Of a stretch of DNA of 64,000 nucleotides, positions 1 through 9,453 are shown piece by piece. The stretch lies in assembly GCA_012800525.1 (NCBI GenBank), contig JAAZJD010000075.1, forward strand, positions 6,499-70,498, in the 5' to 3' direction. How positions within the stretch are numbered: position 1 is the stretch's first letter; each line of letters begins with the position of its first letter. The notes under the pieces were generated by a model. The model was not told where the DNA came from. It worked only from the letters and a program-made list of their open reading frames with translations, and made no database searches. Position numbers and translations under genes: made by a program. This stretch comes from Clostridiales bacterium (GTDB lineage: Bacteria; Bacillota; Clostridia; Christensenellales; DTU072).

Positions 1-1179
1 TTGATGATTTAGTGAAAAAACTTTTATGCTATTCAAAAACATTTCATAACTATCAGAATCTTTTATTGTGCCAATTTCAAAAACATCAATATTTTTCATT
101 TTTGTAGCGTTAATAAAATCATCTAAACTTTTCTCTTTGACTATGATAGGAATATGTTTTAATTTGTTAGAGAACAAAAAATATTCTAAATCTATATCTC
201 GACTTGTTAATGAATCAATATTGATTGCAAATCCTTTTGATAAATTTGTTAAATTAAAAAACAAACTATAGTCATCAATAACGGCAAAACTGTTATTTTG
301 TGCAAAAAAACCATTTGTTGATAAATTTAAAATATAGAGAAGATCAGCATCGTTATGTTTTAAACTTGTTAAAAAAATTTTATCACCATTATTTATTTTA
401 AAATTAAACATATTCTCTTTATTTGATAACCCTATAGCAGTAGATATATCGAAAACGTTCATTTTATTTTCTTCATATTTGCTTGATATGGAAGAACTAG
501 GCATCCATGCTTGTGATGATTTAATACCATAGTCAATGAGATGTTCAGATGAATTTTTATTTAAGTCACGCCTAAAAGCGAATAATAACTTAAATCCATT
601 TTCATAACCTTTTATAAGTGATTTAAATAAAGAATTTTTTTCGCAAGTTTCAAAACTACTAAAACTAGTCATGCTATAAAGCTTTTTTTCTTGAGGAGCA
701 TAAACGGAGCATAATAAAGCTTGAATATTGTCATTGATATCCAGATTGTTTATTTTTTTTAAACACAAATCTTGATTGTAAAGTGCAAATATTTCATCTA
801 ATGATAAAAGATTAGAGTTTTTTTGTTTTTTTCGTAGTAGATTAACTTTTGAAAGAGTATCATGAATGTATTTGTTTTCAGATTTAATTTCTATTTGATT
901 GATGTGTGCTTTAACAAGACTCAGACTTGTTTTCCAATATTTTGCTAATACCTTTAGTTCTAAAATAGTGGGAGAATTTTTTTTGTATATCAGTTTTAAT
1001 TTTTCAAATTCTTCAACAGTTAAATCAATATTATATTTTGTAATAATATATCTAATATCTTCTTTAGACAAAGAATTAAAAAAAGATAATTTAGAAAAAG
1101 CATCAATTTCAGAATAATATATATCAGTATGATTTGGTAAGTTTATTTTTTCTTTTAAGCTTATTGTTTTTTTTGACAT
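1..1179 (-). CDS. FGAM synthase (PurL)-like protein, N-terminal 393 codons only; gene continues past the left edge; catalytic motif degenerate
   Basis: Absent from the supplied ORF track because no stop lies inside the window. Hand translation of the minus strand from ATG 1179-1177 stays open to base 1 (MSKKTISLKEKINLPNHTDIYYSEIDAF...KVFSLNHQ). The segment DLTVEEFEKLKLIYKKNSPTILELKVLAKYWKTS matches, from memory, the PurL linker pattern (L..EE...L....R.PT..EL.....WS.HC), but S.HC is KTSL here. The ORF begins 11 nt after the stop of the upstream lipoprotein gene. Confidence 0.55.
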   Translation of the reverse strand, partial: MSKKTISLKEKINLPNHTDIYYSEIDAFSKLSFFNSLSKEDIRYIITKYNIDLTVEEFEKLKLIYKKNSPTILELKVLAKYWKTSLSLVKAHINQIEIKSENKYIHDTLSKVNLLRKKQKNSNLLSLDEIFALYNQDLCLKKINNLDINDNIQALLCSVYAPQEKKLYSMTSFSSFETCEKNSLFKSLIKGYENGFKLLFAFRRDLNKNSSEHLIDYGIKSSQAWMPSSSISSKYEENKMNVFDISTAIGLSNKENMFNFKINNGDKIFLTSLKHNDADLLYILNLSTNGFFAQNNSFAVIDDYSLFFNLTNLSKGFAINIDSLTSRDIDLEYFLFSNKLKHIPIIVKEKSLDDFINATKMKNIDVFEIGTIKDSDSYEMFLNSIKVFSLNHQ

Positions 1180-1189
1180 ACAATAAAAA

Positions 1190-4100
1190 TTAAGCTCCTG
1201 TATATTCTGATATTGTTAATACATTGTTTTCAAGATTTTCTAATTGTGCATTAAAATACTCTATTCTTGATTGCTGAACCTCAAGTGTAACAACATTGTT
1301 AAATGATGAAGTTGTTAAGATAATATCATTCTCATTTAATACAACCAACTTTTTAACTGTGTTAGAAAAAACATTGTTTCCAAACCAATTAACATTTGAA
1401 GCAGTGCTAAATTGTATTATTATTTCATTAAACTGTTGATTCTCTTGCACATTGAATATGAATGCATTATCAGAAACAATGGATACATTATCATTTATTT
1501 CAATAATAGTATCCGTATGTTTAATGCTACATTCTAGCAATATATTACCAATAATTATTTGTTTATTATTTGTTTTTTGACTAATCCACCAGGGAGTATT
1601 TTTGAAAACATTATCTGCTATTTCAATTTTTTGCGAGAAAACTGCTGATGCAACTTGAGTAAGTTTTTCACAGTTTGCGAAGGCTTCTTTTCCTAGATAA
1701 GTAATATTGTCCCCTAAATTAAATTGGCTGATGGAACTTCCAATAAATGCAAAATTATTAATTGATTTTAAAGATGCATGGTCAGATGTTGTAAGTATCA
1801 AATCATTTTCAAACCCTGCAAAAGCATACGGTTTAATGTCAAACACATCAAGAAATGCTGTGCTTGTATTGATAAAAATGTTTGTTGGAACCTTAACAAT
1901 ATTTCGTTGATTATTCTCAATTAATTCGTATAATATGTTATTTTCTACATTAAATTTAGTGTTAGAACCGGAAATGAAAATTGAATTTTTCACTTTAATG
2001 TTTTTTAATTCATTATGTTCTATTTCAAACAAAAACTCAGGGAGTGTTAAGCTTTTAATTTCAATATTAGAATATTTTATTAAATTCTTAAAAGCATCTT
2101 TTTTTATAATCTTAACTGGTGTACCCTGCCACTCATTAGGAATTATTATATCTAAACTAATTTTTTTGTTTAAAGATTTAATTAACGGTTCAAAATTAAT
2201 TACAGTAGCTACTTCATCTATTTTTGAAAAAATTAAACCATCGCTTCCAAAGTTCAAATCAATCCATTTAGCATAAAGTTTTATATCGTTTTTTATATTG
2301 ATAGTGTCCAAGCCATTGTATGAGGTAGATTCAAACATAGCATCTTCAAATAATCCTAATAATTCAAAATTTGACGGTGTCGCATCTTGATAACTTTTTG
2401 AAGATAAATAATTAGTAATTAATGTGCTGATACTTATTTCTTCTTCATATGAGAAATCTAATTTTTCATATACATTTGCAAATTCATAATTGTATACATA
2501 TTTACCTTCGGTTGCTGTCGGAATTGTTTGGAAGACTTGATCATATACTTGTAATGAAAACTTGCGTTCCTCAAATATTGGATATATTGAATTGTTAATT
2601 ACCGGATTGATGTTAAATAAATGTTTTTCACTAAGATTAATTCTATACAAATCGGAACTAATTATAATTTGCATAGTTGCAATGTTATTTAAAACTTCCC
2701 ATTTTTCATCTGTTCCGGGAATTTCATTAATGCTTTCAGAAACAGTGAGTTTATAAAATACCGAATTGTATAAGACGACATCGTCTTTATAATATAAATA
2801 ATCAGCGTTAAAGCTTTGGTAGACTAACAAATTGTTACTAGCATCAACAGTTGCATTATATGCCCATTTACTAATACTGTGTCTTGGATAATTTTCCATT
2901 AACCCTATAGTATCTAAAATTCTCACTGAAGAGTTTGAAAATTCAACTCTAATCATATTACTCGGTGCTTGTAGTAAAATATCAAAATCATTAGGATCGG
3001 GATATGAAAACTGGACATTATTTACATTAAATTTCTTTTGAGGATTAAAATAAAAATTATACTCACTTCTTTCCCAAGGTGGATTTTGCCTAAAATTTTC
3101 ATTTTGAGCATCGAAATTATCAGTATCCTTTACAACGGTGGAAGGATTGCTAATATCTTTAGTATAGTGCCAAGTAGAGTTTCCATATAACAAAAAATCA
3201 TAGCCATAAACATATTCTGTGTCTATAAGGTATCTTAAGCCAAAAAGATTAGAATTCATTGTTTTTTTTGCGTTGATTTTGTCTCCGTAGTCAATTGTTT
3301 TTTGATAAACTAACCCTGTGCGTTCAGGTAAATCATAGTGAAAGTTTAAAATATATTTCTTTTTTGTATAAAGGGCATAAAAATTAATCTGTTTGCTTTC
3401 TTCAATTTGCGGATATAAGAATATATCTAATTTTAATTGTTCTAATTCATTAGGTTGATAAAATGAATCATCGCCAAATCGCCATATCCCTTTGTATCCA
3501 GTTTTTAAAGGAACCACTTTATTGATGCCAATAAAGTCCCCATAATTATAAACTTGTGAAATGTTAGTAAGTTTTATGTTATTTTCATCATAAAAATTTA
3601 CGGATATTTTTATTATTTTACTTTTTAGCTCAATAAAAATATTCCTAGTTACATTTTTAATATCATTAAGTTCATAATTTTTGTTTGCAGTTTTGTTATA
3701 CCAATATGTTTCATAGCCTACTATGTTTGGTTTTATTGGGATATCTCCTTCAACGACTTCTCTCCCATGTTCTACTTCAAATTCACTAATAACAGTGTTG
3801 TTATTGGAGAATATAACTTGATATTTTTTAATTTTAAACAGTAGAGTGATAATTGTTTGACCAGAAATTTCAATAGGTTCAGAATGTGTTTTTGATAAAA
3901 TATTTTCATTGCTCTGTCCAGTAGATTCATCAAATATTGAAATCTTATAACCAAAAAAATCATATTTGAGATAATCGTTAATTGCAAGAATATCGTAATC
4001 TCTAAAAGCGATTTCTTTAATTAAATTAATTTTTTCTCCATCTGAAATTGTTATATCCTCGATTTTGGGAATATTAAGATCGGACGATTGATCTAGTTTT

Positions 4101-4711
4101 TTTCTATAGGATACACTATGTACTTTGGCACTTAACCATTTTGCAACGAAGGAGGTTACATTAGGATTTATTTCATATGGGGTAACAAGTTTTTCTGATT
4201 CAATAAAATGATTGTTTGGATACCAGCCGGAAAATTGATACCCCTCTCGAACAGGAGTTTCAGGTGGGGTCTTTAAAACCTCATTAGAAGTGATGGATAA
4301 AGTTTCTGAATTTAATGTTGGGAAAGAACCACCATTGGCATTAAAATTCAAATCATAACTATATGTTGATGGCTTTTCTTTTACCAAAAAACATACTACA
4401 TTTTCTAAGTTATTGTATTTGAAAGTAATAGATTTAAATCCTGGCTCATTTATTGATAGTCTATCACTTTCTGTTATAGACAAATCATTTGCAGTTAATA
4501 CAGTAACATTGCCATTTATATCAATATATTCAAAAGATATTTCATCAAGATTTACTTCATTTTCTACGAAAGTGAGTTGTGAGACATCGCTTTTTAATAT
4601 TAAAATCTCTTTATGTGAGTGGTTAGAACTGTTGCATGCATATAAAAATGCACAAACAATAACTATAAATATGAAAAATGTAAAATAAAAAATTTTTGTC
4701 CTTTTACTCAT
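1190..4711 (-). CDS. very large surface lipoprotein with Listeria-Bacteroides (Flg_new) repeats and C-terminal BspA-type leucine-rich repeats
   Basis: 1175-aa ORF (track 1190..4717). I prefer the second ATG (4711) because AGGT lies about 5 nt upstream. KRTKIFYFTFFIFIVIVCAFLYAC is a signal peptide with a lipobox-like LYAC. LNFNANGGSFP...PVREGYQFSGWY is a Flg_new repeat, with weaker copies GYETYWY and GYKGIW. The C-terminal third carries AF.N....I.LP-type repeats (KKDAFKNL.., NNFAFIGSSISQFNLGDNITYLGKEAFANCEKL). Confidence 0.8.
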   Translation of the reverse strand: MSKRTKIFYFTFFIFIVIVCAFLYACNSSNHSHKEILILKSDVSQLTFVENEVNLDEISFEYIDINGNVTVLTANDLSITESDRLSINEPGFKSITFKYNNLENVVCFLVKEKPSTYSYDLNFNANGGSFPTLNSETLSITSNEVLKTPPETPVREGYQFSGWYPNNHFIESEKLVTPYEINPNVTSFVAKWLSAKVHSVSYRKKLDQSSDLNIPKIEDITISDGEKINLIKEIAFRDYDILAINDYLKYDFFGYKISIFDESTGQSNENILSKTHSEPIEISGQTIITLLFKIKKYQVIFSNNNTVISEFEVEHGREVVEGDIPIKPNIVGYETYWYNKTANKNYELNDIKNVTRNIFIELKSKIIKISVNFYDENNIKLTNISQVYNYGDFIGINKVVPLKTGYKGIWRFGDDSFYQPNELEQLKLDIFLYPQIEESKQINFYALYTKKKYILNFHYDLPERTGLVYQKTIDYGDKINAKKTMNSNLFGLRYLIDTEYVYGYDFLLYGNSTWHYTKDISNPSTVVKDTDNFDAQNENFRQNPPWERSEYNFYFNPQKKFNVNNVQFSYPDPNDFDILLQAPSNMIRVEFSNSSVRILDTIGLMENYPRHSISKWAYNATVDASNNLLVYQSFNADYLYYKDDVVLYNSVFYKLTVSESINEIPGTDEKWEVLNNIATMQIIISSDLYRINLSEKHLFNINPVINNSIYPIFEERKFSLQVYDQVFQTIPTATEGKYVYNYEFANVYEKLDFSYEEEISISTLITNYLSSKSYQDATPSNFELLGLFEDAMFESTSYNGLDTINIKNDIKLYAKWIDLNFGSDGLIFSKIDEVATVINFEPLIKSLNKKISLDIIIPNEWQGTPVKIIKKDAFKNLIKYSNIEIKSLTLPEFLFEIEHNELKNIKVKNSIFISGSNTKFNVENNILYELIENNQRNIVKVPTNIFINTSTAFLDVFDIKPYAFAGFENDLILTTSDHASLKSINNFAFIGSSISQFNLGDNITYLGKEAFANCEKLTQVASAVFSQKIEIADNVFKNTPWWISQKTNNKQIIIGNILLECSIKHTDTIIEINDNVSIVSDNAFIFNVQENQQFNEIIIQFSTASNVNWFGNNVFSNTVKKLVVLNENDIILTTSSFNNVVTLEVQQSRIEYFNAQLENLENNVLTISEYTGA

Positions 4712-4763
4712 AAGCATTACCTATTAGTATATATTATATAATATAAATTATATTATGTAATAG

Positions 4764-4785
4764 TCAATATTAAAATTAATATTGA
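4764..4785. promoter_or_regulatory. 22-bp palindrome (candidate operator) overlapping a TTGACT -35-like hexamer upstream of the lipoprotein gene
   Basis: TCAATATTAA-AA-TTAATATTGA has perfect 10-bp arms. The minus-strand TTGACT (plus 4762-4767) overlaps the left arm. The site is about 50 nt upstream of the start codon. Confidence 0.3.
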
Positions 4786-4828
4786 ACAATTAATGTTAGA
4801 TAAAATTTTAGAATTTATACACCTTCAT

Positions 4829-4860
4829 TGCACAAAACCCCAATTTTGGGGTTTTGTGCA
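4829..4860. terminator. strong GC-containing hairpin between pnp stop and the lipoprotein promoter (intrinsic-terminator-like insulator)
   Basis: TGCACAAAACCCCAA-tt-TTGGGGTTTTGTGCA is a stem of about 15 bp, unusually GC-rich for this DNA. The T-tract (TTTTAATT, 4861-4868) follows on the plus strand. On the minus strand (direction of pnp) no U-tract follows, so the functional orientation is uncertain. Confidence 0.5.
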
Positions 4861-4894
4861 TTTTAATTAAAACAAATTTTAAATAAATAAACAA

Positions 4895-6982
4895 TTACAA
4901 TTTTTTGATTAACCTAAGATCAATCCTACCTTTTTCATCAAGCTTAATAACATCAACTTTAACTACATCACCAATATTGAGAACATCGGTAACTTTTTCC
5001 ACTCTTTTTCCCTTTATAAGCTTACTAATATGAATCATTCCTTCTTTTATCGCTGAAACTTCAACCATAGCACCAAAATCAAATATTTTAGAAACTTTAC
5101 CAATAATTTCATCTCCGACTTTAGGTTCATAAGTTATATTTTCAATAATACATTTTGCTTTATTAGCCATCTCTAAATCTTGGGATGCTATAAAAACATT
5201 CCCATCATCATCAATATCAATTTTAACTCCAGTTTCATCAATAATTTTATTGATTACTTTCCCCCCTGACCCTATAACATCTTTTATGTAATCAGGGTCA
5301 ATGCTAAAGTTAACAATTTTAGGTGCATACTTGCTCACGGTTTCACGAGGCTCTTTTATTGATTCAAGCATTTTTTCTAAAATATGTAGTCTTCCTATTC
5401 TAGCTTGCTCCAATGCAAGAGTTAAAATTTTCTCATCTATACCGGAAACTTTTATGTCCATTTGTATTGCCGTAATACCATCTTTTGTGCCAGCAACTTT
5501 AAAGTCCATATCACCATAAAAGTCTTCAATGCCTTGAATGTCTGTCAATATATGTATAATTTTATTTTTTTCATCTTTTATTAATCCCATTGCAACACCA
5601 GCTACAGGGGCTTTTAATGGAACGCCTGCATCCATTAAGGATAGTGTTGAGCCACATACACTTGCTTGAGATGTTGAACCATTGCTAGAAAGTATTTCTG
5701 AGACAGTTCTAATTGCATATGGGAAACATTCTTCAGATGGTAATACGGGCTCTAATGCTCTTTCTGCTAGAGCTCCATGACCAATTTCACGTCTTCCTGG
5801 GCTTCTTAGAGGTTTTGCTTCCCCTACACTATAACCAGGAAAGTTATAGTGATGCATATATCTTTTAAAAATATCTTCATCTAAAGATTCAAGGCGTTGA
5901 ACTTCTGAAATAGTACCTAATGTTGTGGCTGTAAGTGCTTGTGTTTGCCCTCTTGTAAAAACAGCTGAGCCGTGTACTCTTGGTAGGAGCCCTACTTCAC
6001 ACCAAATATCTCTTACTTGAGTAGGGGTTCTTCCATCTGGACGAATTCCTTTTTCAGTAATCATAGTCCTAACTTTATCTTTCTTCATGTCATCTAACAC
6101 TAAATTGATATCAGAAAAAGAATTAGGATACTTTTCTTCAAAGTGTGATTGTATTTCAGCATTGATTTCCTCTTCCCTTTTTTCTCTTTCATTTCTTATA
6201 AAAGTATCGAACATATAATTTATTTTTTCTTGAGAAAAGGCTTCTACATCTTTTCTAAGTTGCGAATCAACTTCTTTCAATAACGGGGTTACTTTTGTTT
6301 TCCCAACATCTTTTTGGATGTTTTCAATCCATTCAACTATTTTTTTAATTTCTTCATGTCCAAACAATATTGCTTTTAGCATTTCTTCTTCAGAAACTTC
6401 GAAGGCACCAGCTTCAACCATCATAACAGCGTCTTTAGTGCCGCTCAATGTCAAAGCTAATCTCGATTTTTCTCTTTCCTTAGAATCTGGATTAATAATA
6501 TATTTTCCATCTACAAGTCCCACAACAACAGAGCCTGTAGGTCCTTGGAAAGGGATATCAGACACAGAAAGTGCTATGGAACTGCCTATCATAGCATACA
6601 CTTCTGGCGGTATTTCCATATCTACAGATAAAGGGGTAGATATAACTGAAACATCGTTATAAAAACCATTAGGAAATAATGGTCTTAAGGGCCTATCTAT
6701 CAGTCTTGCAGTTAAAATTGCTTTATCACTAGCTCTACCTTCTCGCTTTTTATATCCTCCTGGTATTTTTCCTATTGAATACATTTTTTCTTCATAATCA
6801 ACGCCCAGCGGGAAATAATCAACATTATCTCTTGGTGTTTTTGACATCGTTACATTTGTCATAACAACTGTTTCGCCGCATCTAACTATACATTGTCCGT
6901 TACTTTGAGAGCAGTATCCACCAATTTCAGCCGTTACTTCTCTTCCACCAATTGTCATTTTAAAAATTTTACTTTCCTTCAT
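4895..6982 (-). CDS. pnp: polynucleotide phosphorylase (polyribonucleotide nucleotidyltransferase)
   Basis: 695 aa with two RNase PH-like halves plus C-terminal KH and S1 regions (GSGGKVINKIIDETG; GDEIIGKVSKIFDFGAMVEV). GRREIGHGALAERAL motif present. AGGAGG RBS at 6987-6992. Lies directly downstream of rpsO, the conserved arrangement. Confidence 0.97.
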   Translation of the reverse strand: MKESKIFKMTIGGREVTAEIGGYCSQSNGQCIVRCGETVVMTNVTMSKTPRDNVDYFPLGVDYEEKMYSIGKIPGGYKKREGRASDKAILTARLIDRPLRPLFPNGFYNDVSVISTPLSVDMEIPPEVYAMIGSSIALSVSDIPFQGPTGSVVVGLVDGKYIINPDSKEREKSRLALTLSGTKDAVMMVEAGAFEVSEEEMLKAILFGHEEIKKIVEWIENIQKDVGKTKVTPLLKEVDSQLRKDVEAFSQEKINYMFDTFIRNEREKREEEINAEIQSHFEEKYPNSFSDINLVLDDMKKDKVRTMITEKGIRPDGRTPTQVRDIWCEVGLLPRVHGSAVFTRGQTQALTATTLGTISEVQRLESLDEDIFKRYMHHYNFPGYSVGEAKPLRSPGRREIGHGALAERALEPVLPSEECFPYAIRTVSEILSSNGSTSQASVCGSTLSLMDAGVPLKAPVAGVAMGLIKDEKNKIIHILTDIQGIEDFYGDMDFKVAGTKDGITAIQMDIKVSGIDEKILTLALEQARIGRLHILEKMLESIKEPRETVSKYAPKIVNFSIDPDYIKDVIGSGGKVINKIIDETGVKIDIDDDGNVFIASQDLEMANKAKCIIENITYEPKVGDEIIGKVSKIFDFGAMVEVSAIKEGMIHISKLIKGKRVEKVTDVLNIGDVVKVDVIKLDEKGRIDLRLIKKL

Positions 6983-7016
6983 TAATTCCTCCTAATTGCA
7001 ACATTTTATGCTATGT

Positions 7017-7050
7017 AAAAAATAAAAAAATATGGCAATAAGCCACATTT
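7017..7050 (-). terminator. rpsO intrinsic terminator / rpsO-pnp attenuator
   Basis: The minus-strand RNA immediately after the rpsO stop reads AAAUGUGGC-UUAUU-GCCAUAUUU (9 bp including one G.U) followed by UUUUUAUUUUUU. No consensus promoter is visible between it and the pnp RBS. Confidence 0.65.
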
Positions 7051-7314
7051 TTATTTTCTTAAATTTAATTCAGCTATTATTGCTCTATATCTTTCAACAT
7101 CTTTTCTCTTTAAATAGTTCAATAGATTTCTTCTTCTTCCAACCATTTTTAGCATCCCTCTTCTACTATGGAAATCCTTTTTATTAGCTTTCAAGTGTTC
7201 TGTTAACTCATTAATGCGTGTGGTTAATATTGCTATTTGTACCTCTGGTGAACCTGTGTCACCTTCTGAACGTGCATGTTGACTGATAATTGCTTGTTTT
7301 TCTTCTTTTTTCAT
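7051..7314 (-). CDS. rpsO: 30S ribosomal protein S15
   Basis: 87 aa containing [48 protein letters not shown], the canonical S15 sequence. Confidence 0.97.
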   Translation of the reverse strand: MKKEEKQAIISQHARSEGDTGSPEVQIAILTTRINELTEHLKANKKDFHSRRGMLKMVGRRRNLLNYLKRKDVERYRAIIAELNLRK

Positions 7315-7449
7315 ATTGTACTCCTTTTCTCAATGAGATTATTCGCGACACCCCTAGTAATAAAATGTTTTTAAAACCAAGTAGTGCGTAATTCTTCAAT
7401 TAGAATAGCATATATGTAATAATAAGTAAATTAAAATAAAGTTAATATT

Positions 7450-8829
7450 TTATAGCTTGTTAAAAAATTTTAAAAATTGTTTAATATCTTTAGGATAAGA
7501 TTTTCTTTCAATATAATTGGTATTTACATCAACTAACTTGCTAATTGCTCCTGCCCCTACGGCATATATACTACAAATATCTTCCATATTCAAAATATTA
7601 TAAATGCATTCTTTCCCTATTTTCGAAAATCCAATATTTTCTAGGTTGTCCAAAGTATTTTTTTGACGGTATAGATAATAAGGCACATAACTATTTGCTT
7701 TTAAATAATTATAGCAATTGATTAAAAAATCTTCTAACCCATATATAGGCTTTTTGTTGCCTTTTTCAAACATTTTTGAGCCCTTTTTTATGCTTAGTGA
7801 ATGAATGGTTATATTTTCAGGGTTTAAGGCAGCTAACTCTTGAATAGAGTTTAAAATATCATTTTCCATTTCACCGTCTAATCCAATAATTAAATCAGAA
7901 TTAATACAAAACTCATATTGTTTTGCAAGTTTAAAAGCTTCATATATTTTTTCAATTGAAGAATTTCTATTAACTTGAGAAAGGGTTTTTATAGAAAAAG
8001 ACTGAGGATTAATGGATATTCTATTTACATTGTTTTTTTGTAACAAAGTTAATAATTCTTTGGTAATTGTTTCAGGTCTCCCTGCTTCAAAAGTAAATTC
8101 ACAATTAAAACCTGAGATTTTTGATATAATTTTTTCTATCAAAAATAATTCTATACAACTTGGTGTCCCGCCACCTACATATATACTTTTCAAAATTAAA
8201 TTTTGTTTTATATATAATTCTAGAAATTCATCTATTTGTTGTTCTAATACTTCAACATATGGATTGATTAAACTCTTAACTTTATTAATTTCATTTGATA
8301 CAAAGGAACAATATGAACATCGGCTTGGACAAAATGGAATATTAATATATAAACAAATATTTTTTTGTTCTAATTCATATATTTTGTTTTGATTAAATAT
8401 AATTTCTTGCAATAGTTTTGCTCTATATTTAGATACATCATATTCTTCAATTAAATAATTACTAATTTCATTAAGATTACTTGCTTTTCTTCCCACAATA
8501 GTGGGTCTTACTCCAGTAAGAGAACCATATGGCAATCCAAAATTAAGTTCATTTTTTAAAATGTTGTAAATTGAATTCTTTATTATTTTTTTAAAGTTTC
8601 TTTTATCATTTAAAGTGTTTCCACCTTTTTTAAAAGAAAAATCATCTTCATAACTCTTAAAACTTATTCTATAACTGTAGGTAAAATCATCTTCTTGAGT
8701 TTCAATAATAAATATATTTTCACTATCTTGAATAATCTCAATGTATGGTTGATAAGCTCTAATTACATCTAAAATATCATTTAAAAAGGGTAATAAGCTA
8801 CACTTTAAAGAAATTTGTAAAGAGTTCAT
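7450..8829 (-). CDS. radical SAM HemN-family protein, HemZ-like (coproporphyrinogen dehydrogenase-like)
   Basis: 459 aa. Radical SAM cluster motif CPSRCSYCSF, followed by YVGGGTPS. The N-terminal extension of about 160 aa is as in HemZ-type paralogues. Confidence 0.75.
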   Translation of the reverse strand: MNSLQISLKCSLLPFLNDILDVIRAYQPYIEIIQDSENIFIIETQEDDFTYSYRISFKSYEDDFSFKKGGNTLNDKRNFKKIIKNSIYNILKNELNFGLPYGSLTGVRPTIVGRKASNLNEISNYLIEEYDVSKYRAKLLQEIIFNQNKIYELEQKNICLYINIPFCPSRCSYCSFVSNEINKVKSLINPYVEVLEQQIDEFLELYIKQNLILKSIYVGGGTPSCIELFLIEKIISKISGFNCEFTFEAGRPETITKELLTLLQKNNVNRISINPQSFSIKTLSQVNRNSSIEKIYEAFKLAKQYEFCINSDLIIGLDGEMENDILNSIQELAALNPENITIHSLSIKKGSKMFEKGNKKPIYGLEDFLINCYNYLKANSYVPYYLYRQKNTLDNLENIGFSKIGKECIYNILNMEDICSIYAVGAGAISKLVDVNTNYIERKSYPKDIKQFLKFFNKL

Positions 8830-8832
8830 ATT

Positions 8833-9453
8833 TTACAATACCAATAAAATAGGATTATGTTTTTTTTCTTCATCAAGAGATGATATATCTTCATGTCCAG
8901 GACAAACGATTAAATTTTCAGGTATAGTTAGTATTTGCATTAATGAGCGTTTTAATTTATCAAAAGATGAATCTTCAAAATCATATCTTCCGTATGTTTG
9001 TTTAAATAATGTATCCCCCGAAAATATATAGTTTTGCAATAAAAAACAACAACTACACTCAGAATGACCAGGAGTATGCATAACTTTAATTTGATCGTTT
9101 AACAAGGGAATCACATGATTATCCTCTATAAAAATATCTATTTGAGGAGAAATCTTTCTTTTTTTGAACAGTTGATGTTTTGCATATTCCGAATTTATGT
9201 TAAAAAGAGAACTTTTATGAGCAAAAACTTTGGCATTTTCTCGTTGAAATAAATAAGTATCATATATGTGATCATAGTGTCCATGTGTTAATAGAACTTT
9301 TGATACAGTTAAATTATTTTCTTTGCAAAATAAAGAAATCTTATTATATGCCAAAGAAGGATCAATAACCACACCTTCTCCTGTATTCTTATCATATATT
9401 AAATAAGAGTTATTTGACATTAACCCGACTTGAAATATTTTGACACTATACAT
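8833..9453 (-). CDS. MBL-fold metallo-hydrolase (glyoxalase II-like)
   Basis: 206 aa. THGHYDH (HxHxDH), HTPGHS, SGDTLF and CPGHE metal-ligand motifs occur in canonical order. Confidence 0.85.
   Translation of the reverse strand: MYSVKIFQVGLMSNNSYLIYDKNTGEGVVIDPSLAYNKISLFCKENNLTVSKVLLTHGHYDHIYDTYLFQRENAKVFAHKSSLFNINSEYAKHQLFKKRKISPQIDIFIEDNHVIPLLNDQIKVMHTPGHSECSCCFLLQNYIFSGDTLFKQTYGRYDFEDSSFDKLKRSLMQILTIPENLIVCPGHEDISSLDEEKKHNPILLVL

Noticed and set aside
7315-7449. An autoregulatory S15 (rpsO) leader structure around the GC-rich patch CTAGGGGTGTCGCG.
   Set aside because: I could only draw 4-5 bp helices, including a possible GUGUC/GACAC pairing with the early coding region. I could not place a convincing promoter. 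Without covariation data this is not supportable.
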